46,686 bases of DNA from Octopus sinensis. Its lineage: Eukaryota. The position numbers and the translations under genes were made by a program. The DNA is taken from NCBI RefSeq assembly GCF_006345805.1, contig NW_021835037.1, positions 1-46,686 of the forward strand, given 5' to 3'. The notes below the pieces were generated by a model that worked only from the letters and a program-made list of their open reading frames with translations, was not told the origin of the DNA and did not search any database. Positions 39,513 through 46,686 of the stretch are shown here, piece by piece; within the stretch, counting starts at the first letter, position 1; every line of letters starts with the position of its first letter.

Positions 39513-40740
39513 CCGGAGTAACACATAAATGTGAAACAAGGTGGAAAAAAGAGTACTCAATACCAGTGGTAGAGTAATATGCTTTATTTTAAGCAGCAGA
39601 AAATTCAACAAAATCTGTTACTCTGAGTTTCTCGTTGCCGTTCATCAGACAGTTCTTGCTAGAATGGAACATATATATTAATTCAATCTATACTCTACAA
39701 ACGCTACACCTTTAAAAAGAAATGGACTTGTTTGATTGGCCCTTTAGAAAAAACGGTCAATCTTCGAGCGATAAACAAAAAGGTCAAAAATATATGTATA
39801 TATATATAAAAACTTATAAAAATTATAAAATCCGAGGAAAATACCGAGGAAAAAACCTGTTGCCGTTAATGAAGACAGTACAAATTAATGCATAGAAATT
39901 AAACCTGTTATAATACTGCATGCAATACATATTTATATTAAAATCCACATATATATCAACATACACAAAAGGATGCGCGTAAACGCCATACATACATATA
40001 CAGACGTATGAATATGAATCTAAATTATACACATAAAAGCATGTGTACATATATTCACACGCAAAACGTCTCGCACGCAAGCTAAAATTCATCTATGTAG
40101 CAATTCTCATATACTGAGCAGGAGGGGGAACGAAAGAAAGGGAAAGAGAAAAAGGAACGAAGGAGGGGTGGGGAAAAAATTTTGTAGCGATGTTATTTGG
40201 CATCTATAGAGGCCAGTATACATACACAAGTTTGAATCGATACATATACATACCGTCGTGTGTATGCGTGCTTAAGCACAAGCAACTTTCACTTACACAT
40301 ACACAGATACGTATGCTTACAAATACATATGCTTTGCTATACACAAACTTATATAAACATTCTAAATTGACAACATTGCTTTTTTATATAAAAAAAACAT
40401 TGCTTTTAAAAATTCGGTGGCATTAATAAAAATATATACGAAAGACCTATAAAATAAAATATAACATCCTATTTTGGGTCATTTATAAATAATCAAGGTA
40501 ATATAAATAATCAAGGTAATCTTATGCAATACAATAACATGAAAACAAAGTTTGTAGGTTTTTCCTAATATATATGTAGAAACAATAAGACTTTGCTATA
40601 AGGTCCGTTGCAGCGCTCAAGAGTCAAAATCAAAATCAAAAAATCAAAATACAAAATATATACTCTATCCATATGGTATATTTATATTCGACATTTTAAA
40701 TTTAGCCTTGTGCCTACATAAGTTCATTAATTCACTTCTT
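39513..40740 (-). repeat. PLE partial unit C (last ~25 codons plus 3' region; pseudo-LTR)
   Basis: Matches 32821-~34045; contains the ORF stop at 40665-40667; ends at ttcacttctt. Confidence 0.93.
39609..39658 (-). ncRNA. Hammerhead motif (unit C)
   Basis: Identical to the unit A motif. Confidence 0.8.
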
Positions 40741-41314
40741 CCTTTTTCTCTCTTTCCCTTTCTTTCGTTCCCCCTCCTTGCTCAGTATATGAGAATTGCT
40801 ACATAGATGAATTTTAGCTTGCGTGCGAGACGTTTTGCGTGAATATATGTACACATGCTTTTATGTGTATAATTTAGATTCATATTCATACGTCTGTATA
40901 TGTATGTATGGCGTTTACGCGCATCCTTTTGTGTATGTTGATATATATATGTGGATTTTAATATAAATATGTATTGCAGTATTTATAACAGGTTTAATTT
41001 CTATGCATTAATTTGTACTGTCTTCATTAACGGCAACAGGTTTTTTCCTCGGTATTTTCCTCGGATTTTATAATTTTTATAAGTTTTTTATATATATATA
41101 CATATATTTTGACCTTTTTGTTTATCGCTCGAAGATTGACCGTTTTTTTCTAAAGGGCCAATCAAACAAGTCCATTTCTTTTAAAGGTGTAGCGTTTGTA
41201 AGAGTATAGATTGAATTAATATATATGTTCCATTCTAGCAAGAACTGTCTGATGAACGGCAACGAGAAACTCAGAGTAACAGATTTTGTTGAATTTTCTG
41301 CTGCTTAAAATAAA

Positions 41315-41315
<1 letters not shown>
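40741..41315 (+). repeat. Inverted pseudo-LTR segment of the PLE
   Basis: Reverse complement of 32892-33464 (equivalent to 39582-40155); lacks the terminal 71 nt of the unit. Confidence 0.93.
41239..41288 (+). ncRNA. Hammerhead motif (inverted copy)
   Basis: caagaactgt ctgatga acggcaacga gaaa ctcagag ta acagattttg, read directly on the + strand. Confidence 0.8.
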
Positions 41316-41354
<39 letters not shown>

Positions 41355-41599
41355 CTGTGACATTTCTACGTAGCTACATTCGTTTATTCATTTACTCTTT
41401 CGAGAAGTGTGTTTGGTGATCAGATCGAGCTTCGTTTCTAGTTTAATTGCTGCCTATTTTCTCGGTTACTTTAAACCGAATTATCAAGTCAGAGCAATAT
41501 ACACACACCTAATCCGGCTATTCATTACAGAGACAAATAAAACGATGCATACAGACACAAACGCATTTAATACATACGCCTCTAAGCACACACACACAC

Positions 41600-41721
41600 A
41601 CACACAAACATATATATAATATATATACATATATACACATATATATATATATATATATATATATGCTTGAGTCTACATATCTATTTATTTATCTATCTAC
41701 CTAGCTATATATATATATATA

Positions 41722-41786
<65 letters not shown>

Positions 41787-42030
41787 TATATATGTATATA
41801 TACACACATATATCTTGATATATACACAAGCTTTGACGTATAGCAAATCACATCTGTGTGTGTACCGCTGTATACATATGATTGTACGTATGTATGTATG
41901 TATGTACGTATGTATGTACGTATGTATGTATGTATGTATGTATGTATGTACGTATGTATGTATGTATGTATGTATGTATGAATATATGTGTTTGTAAATA
42001 TATGTGTATGCATGCAAGCATGTATGCATG
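41600..42030. repeat. Compound (TA)n/(TATG)n microsatellite
   Basis: Directly visible. Confidence 0.9.
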
Positions 42031-42760
42031 TATACACGTAAGCACACACGCACAGAAACGAAAACGACCCACAAAATATACGAACATTACATAAAAAAAG
42101 GAAACCACCATAAATTTCCCAACCCCGAAACATTACCCAACCGAAACCAGCGTCATAAAAAGTTAAGATAAAAAACAAACAAATATAAACGTGCAAAATC
42201 AGAACATAAACAATATGTTGACAGTTTTATGATTTACTTCCGGTTCTCCTCAATGCCTCTTCGGTTACTTCACAACTCTTATTCCGGAATGCTTTAAACG
42301 TACTTTTGTTCCCTATTTATTTATCCTTTTTTTATCTCTCGTCGAAACCATCAGGCTTAACCGGAAGTTGGGGAACGGACACTTTTTTTTTTAAATGAAA
42401 GTTACTCATCTGACTGGTGGAAGTGGGAGCCATATTTGATGGAGCTGTGTTGGTGGTGGTGGGGGATGGAGGTGTTGTTGTAGGTAGTGATGATTGTGGT
42501 TGTGATTGGCTCTGTTGGCGTTGTAGGTGGATAACTGAAGAGACAATGGTATACGAGGTATGCCTATTTATGCGGATTAATAGGGACAGTGGTGGCGCTA
42601 CTAGTTGTTCGGGTTCGGAAGCCGGCTGAAATGGAACTAAGCAAGCCCTATGATCCCAGCCTTACTATATGTGGACATCATGTCTTTTCGTCGTAGAGGA
42701 CTCGGAATATCATTTTGCAAAATAATATATATATATTTTTTTTTCATAGCATGTATGTAT

Positions 42761-42865
42761 GAGGGCGCTTGGCTTCGTCGTTAGGGGCGCTGTACTCACG
42801 ATCGCTGGATCGTAATCTCAATTTCCAGATCAGATGGTACTCTTGGCCAAAGCACTTTATCTGTG
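42761..42865 (+). mobile_element. Degenerate tRNA-headed SINE (third family)
   Basis: gagggcgcttggcttcgtcgttagg...cacgatcg...atttccaga has a decayed A-box/B-box layout. Confidence 0.4.
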
Positions 42866-43013
42866 ATCACTTTGACACTTGTCACCTGCTACACAGTGCA
42901 TCTGTTCAGACAACGTCGCTTTGAAGAAGTGAGTGAGCTAATGATTGATACTAACATATGGTCACATTTGTGCAGGTTGTCACCGACGGGGGAGACCGTC
43001 GTACACACACACC

Positions 43014-43055
<42 letters not shown>

Positions 43056-43739
43056 ACACACATACACACACACACACACACACACATGTATATCTATGGG
43101 CAACGTCTCCAACTTCTACCTCCATATTATAATAATTGGTTCACTCTATTTCACGATCAAGTCTGTAAGTGATAATGTGAAATAACTCCAGTTTTTCAGA
43201 GGAAGAAATCATTCCGCTAACACGCATATTTCAAATATAATCTGTAAATGGAACAGTTAAAATATGTAAGACTTTACTGAAATTCAAATTGTAACACTCT
43301 TTCTTTATATAAACTTGATATTATTTCTGAACTACTGCCACAACTGGCATGGGTTCACTCTTTCACCTCACAGGAAATAATCCATTTTATTGTGTCGCTG
43401 CTAAAGTAAAAAAAAAAAGATGGATGCTTGCTCGTTGATTTCTTATTTATTTCACGCTGTTTTAATTGCTGCTCGTTCATTTAAAACTGCCATTATACGT
43501 GCATCACCACTGTCTGTCACCCTGAATTTTGACCCCTTTTAAAAACTCATGTGCATAAGGTGCATAAGGTGATATGAGCTTATTAATTCAAACATTTATA
43601 TATATACATATATATATGTATACATAAGGCTAGCTGGGTTAGAGGTTAAAATAACTGTCTGAGGGATGATGTAAGTCAATTCTTGTTCATCAATATTTCT
43701 TCATTTTATATATATATACTTAACCATTTGAATTAGTAA

Positions 43740-43854
43740 GCGTGCATCACACACACACACACACACACACACCACACACACCGCACATATATATATATAT
43801 AAATATATATGTATATATATACATTTTTTATAGCTCTCTTTCTCTCCCTCTCAC

Positions 43855-43885
<31 letters not shown>

Positions 43886-43908
43886 GATATATATATATAT
43901 CTATATAG

Positions 43909-43948
<40 letters not shown>

Positions 43949-43990
43949 ACATACATACATATATATATATTTATATATATATACATATAT

Positions 43991-44069
<79 letters not shown>

Positions 44070-44080
44070 CATATATATAT
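43740..44080. repeat. Compound (CA)n/(TA)n microsatellite
   Basis: Directly visible. Confidence 0.9.
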
Positions 44081-45289
44081 TTTTTTCAGAAGTTAGTGTT
44101 TTATTGATCTGCCTAATGTGTGTATATGAATGTATATAAATGTGACGGTTGTGTGCTTAGATGTAGAAACAGATCGATGCATATGTGTAGTGCGAATGAG
44201 AGATTCAGTTGGTAAGTTCAGTATTTACAGAAAAGAAATCTCTCTAAATGAACTATTACTAATTGAACACAAAGTCACATTTGTTAATAGAAAACCAGAA
44301 ATAGGAAACACGGGTTGAATTAAGATTTTATGTTTTCCTTATTGAGATATCATTAATGTCACTCTGTTGGTTCCTACTAATTTATTTTCGAAATCAGATC
44401 ACTTCAAGTTCATTACTAATTTAACGGGAAGTCCTATTTGAACGGAAAACGAAAACTAAAATTAACAGTAGAAATACCATCAGCTGTGGTTCCATGTCAC
44501 TCCTTTTCAGATCTCATCAAACTTTTCAAGCAATTAATGTTTTGAAGTATTTAATGCCGAGATGAATTTTCTGCGCCTGTTTTGGTTTTGATGTTTCAGA
44601 AGAAAGACCGTTCAAAGAGTATCATTAGTTATAAATTGATACTTTATCTCGAAGTCTCTATTTAATAATATGCCGTGCATTCTTAGGCTTCAGAAAGCAG
44701 ACGCATGTTACTAGTTTTGACTCAACTCTGTGTAAAGTCTAAATGTCTAATTACGTAGATGAAACCATTTTCTAAATCGGTTCTCGTCATACTTATATAT
44801 TATATAATGTTTTCGTTGAGCAAACTTTAAAATGGCTGCATATAACTGTTTTCCCGAGTAGTTTAGATTTTCCGCACTCTGTTGGCTCTCCTATGGTGAT
44901 ATTAAATTCGTCTTTACTCGGCACCAAAGTTTTGAGTAAGACAGAGTTTTGTCTTGTTTTTGGCAGCGAAAATTTAACAAATATTTTCCTCTTCTTATGT
45001 CCGGGAAGAGAATTAGTTCTTACAAGACGCGATAGGGTTTTGCCTATATTCAATTAGATCTATCAAATGAGGTCGATTATACCACATGTTGTTTTGCAAC
45101 ACTTCCTCCTAAAAGGTTGTGTGTTCTTGTTGTTAATGATGACTTCTTTCAAACGAATAGAGGCCAGTGTAACGTTGCATAGAATCTATGGATCAAGGAT
45201 CTATCGTAAGGCATTGTCAAGATTCTTTGGGTCATGTTGTTGAATATATTTCTAGGAATAAATTTAGATTTGTATAAATTTTGCATCCC

Positions 45290-45390
45290 GACCTCATGTT
45301 TCCCGGTTCAGTCACACTGCGTGGCACCTTAGGATAGTGTCTCATGCCTCGGGCCGACCAAACGCTTGTAAGTGGATTTTCTTGACGTTC
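45290..45390 (+). mobile_element. SINE family 2, partial
   Basis: catgtttcccggttcagtcacactgcgtggcaccttagg...gggccgaccaaacgcttgtaagtggattt. Confidence 0.6.
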
Positions 45391-45509
45391 TGTTAGGACG
45401 ATCGCCACCAACAGTATTAGGAACACCACCATAGCTACAGCCAACACACCGCCACAACTGCTTGCAGAGTCACCATCATCACAACAAATAATATATCAGT
45501 TTCAAATTT

Positions 45510-45710
45510 TGGTAGAAAGCCAGAAATTTCAAGGGTGGGTTGTAAGTCGATTACATCGACCCCAGTGATCAACCTGTACGTATTTTACCAACCCCGAGAA
45601 GCGTGAAAGGCAAAGCTGACACCAGTGTAGTTCGAACTCTGACATGGAGACGGACCAAATGCTGCTAATCATTTTATCCGGTGTGCTAACGATTCAGCAA
45701 TCTCGCCGCT
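45510..45710 (-). mobile_element. SINE family 1, degenerate
   Basis: gtcgattacatcgaccccagtg...gtgaaaggcaaagctgac...ttcgaactc. Confidence 0.6.
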
Positions 45711-46686
45711 TTATGAACGACCAACATAGCAACACTATCAACACCATTAGCTTTACAAAAGCAACTACAATCGTCCCTATTGACTTCGACGACACCTCAC
45801 TAGCATCAACATCAACATCAAAACTTCAACGACCAACACCACTAAAATCGACAACAATTTTACAACTACCTTCCCCAACAGCAAAATGGCTACCATTACC
45901 ATGACAATCCCCACCGCCTTCACTTCCCCCATCACTAAGACACCTACCCCCTCCTCCATCGCCATCCTAGTCTCAATAGACAGAGTGTTATTATTTTCCC
46001 ACATATTGATGTTGTTTTATGAGTTAGCAGCAGCAAAATCTATATCTGTACAAAAGCAGGACTATTGTCAATATGCAGTGGAGGGGGAGGGGCGACCAGA
46101 TGAGAGCACAACAGAGGCAAGCACTTACACGCAGGCACAGAACTAAGCAGGCACACACACACAAACACACACACACATACATACACATACATGCATACAT
46201 ATATATATATATATATATATATTTGATTAGTATAATTGATTAGTATAATTTTTGGTAGTAATGACTTTGTCCCTCCTAGTGTGAGGCATTTATGTGTAAT
46301 AATGCCCTTTATACAATATAGATATAATTAATTTGTTCAAAAGAAAAAAAAAAAAATTATTTTCGGATTCTTTTCTTTTATGAGGTTTTCACGCTAGCTA
46401 CCCGATAATTTCTTGTTAAGATCCCTTATTAAGAGATTATCCTTAATTGTTAAACTTATTCCGAAATACTTTTCATTACCCGACATGCAGTTCGTATAAA
46501 GCCCGCCATTTACCGGATATATGATTTATGAACATTCCATGTGCTTGGCCGGAGTGAACAGTTGTCTGTTCGTCTTCGCTACATAGGGTTGGTTTATTTA
46601 TGATGTATTCAGAATCAGTTCTGCTGACGATCATTAGACGCAAGTTGTATGTGAAATCACGGTGATACAGAACATAATTCATTTTT

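Larger units (their letters stand above)
32821..41315 (-). mobile_element. Penelope-like retroelement (Naiad-like): 2 full tandem units, 1 partial unit and an inverted terminal segment, in a (TA)n target
   Basis: Unit end ccggagta... recurs at 32821, 36171 and 39513; 40741-41315 is the reverse complement of 32892-33464; (TA)n on both flanks (32778-32820, 41316-41346); RT and GIY-YIG motifs. Confidence 0.95.

Noticed and set aside
44600-45053. Possible hAT transposase C-terminal relic or 86-aa ORF
   Set aside because: Only a faint FDST.LC-like similarity across frameshifts; not supportable by eye.

Overview
Eukaryotic, AT-rich, extremely microsatellite-dense DNA. The tRNA-derived SINE families match those I recognise from octopus (coleoid cephalopod) genomes; this is an inference from repeat content. 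No host protein-coding exon could be supported, and nearly all ORFs in the supplied track are translations of microsatellites. The dominant feature is a very young Penelope-like retroelement (PLE; RT plus C-terminal GIY-YIG, Naiad-like) at 32821-41315 on the - strand. It consists of two full ~3.35-kb head-to-tail units, a 1.23-kb partial unit and a 575-bp inverted terminal segment, all inserted in a (TA)n tract. Each repeat carries a minimal hammerhead ribozyme motif. The frameshifts in the two ORF copies are complementary, so the consensus is an intact ~711-aa ORF. Also present: two short non-coding hammerhead-bearing elements of a different family (14.2 kb, 20.9 kb), a complete but dead Tc1 transposon, a mariner remnant, decayed R4/Dong-, R2-like, HERO and RTE LINE fragments, many SINEs (including a dimer with an 18-bp target-site duplication) and a ~500-bp foldback.
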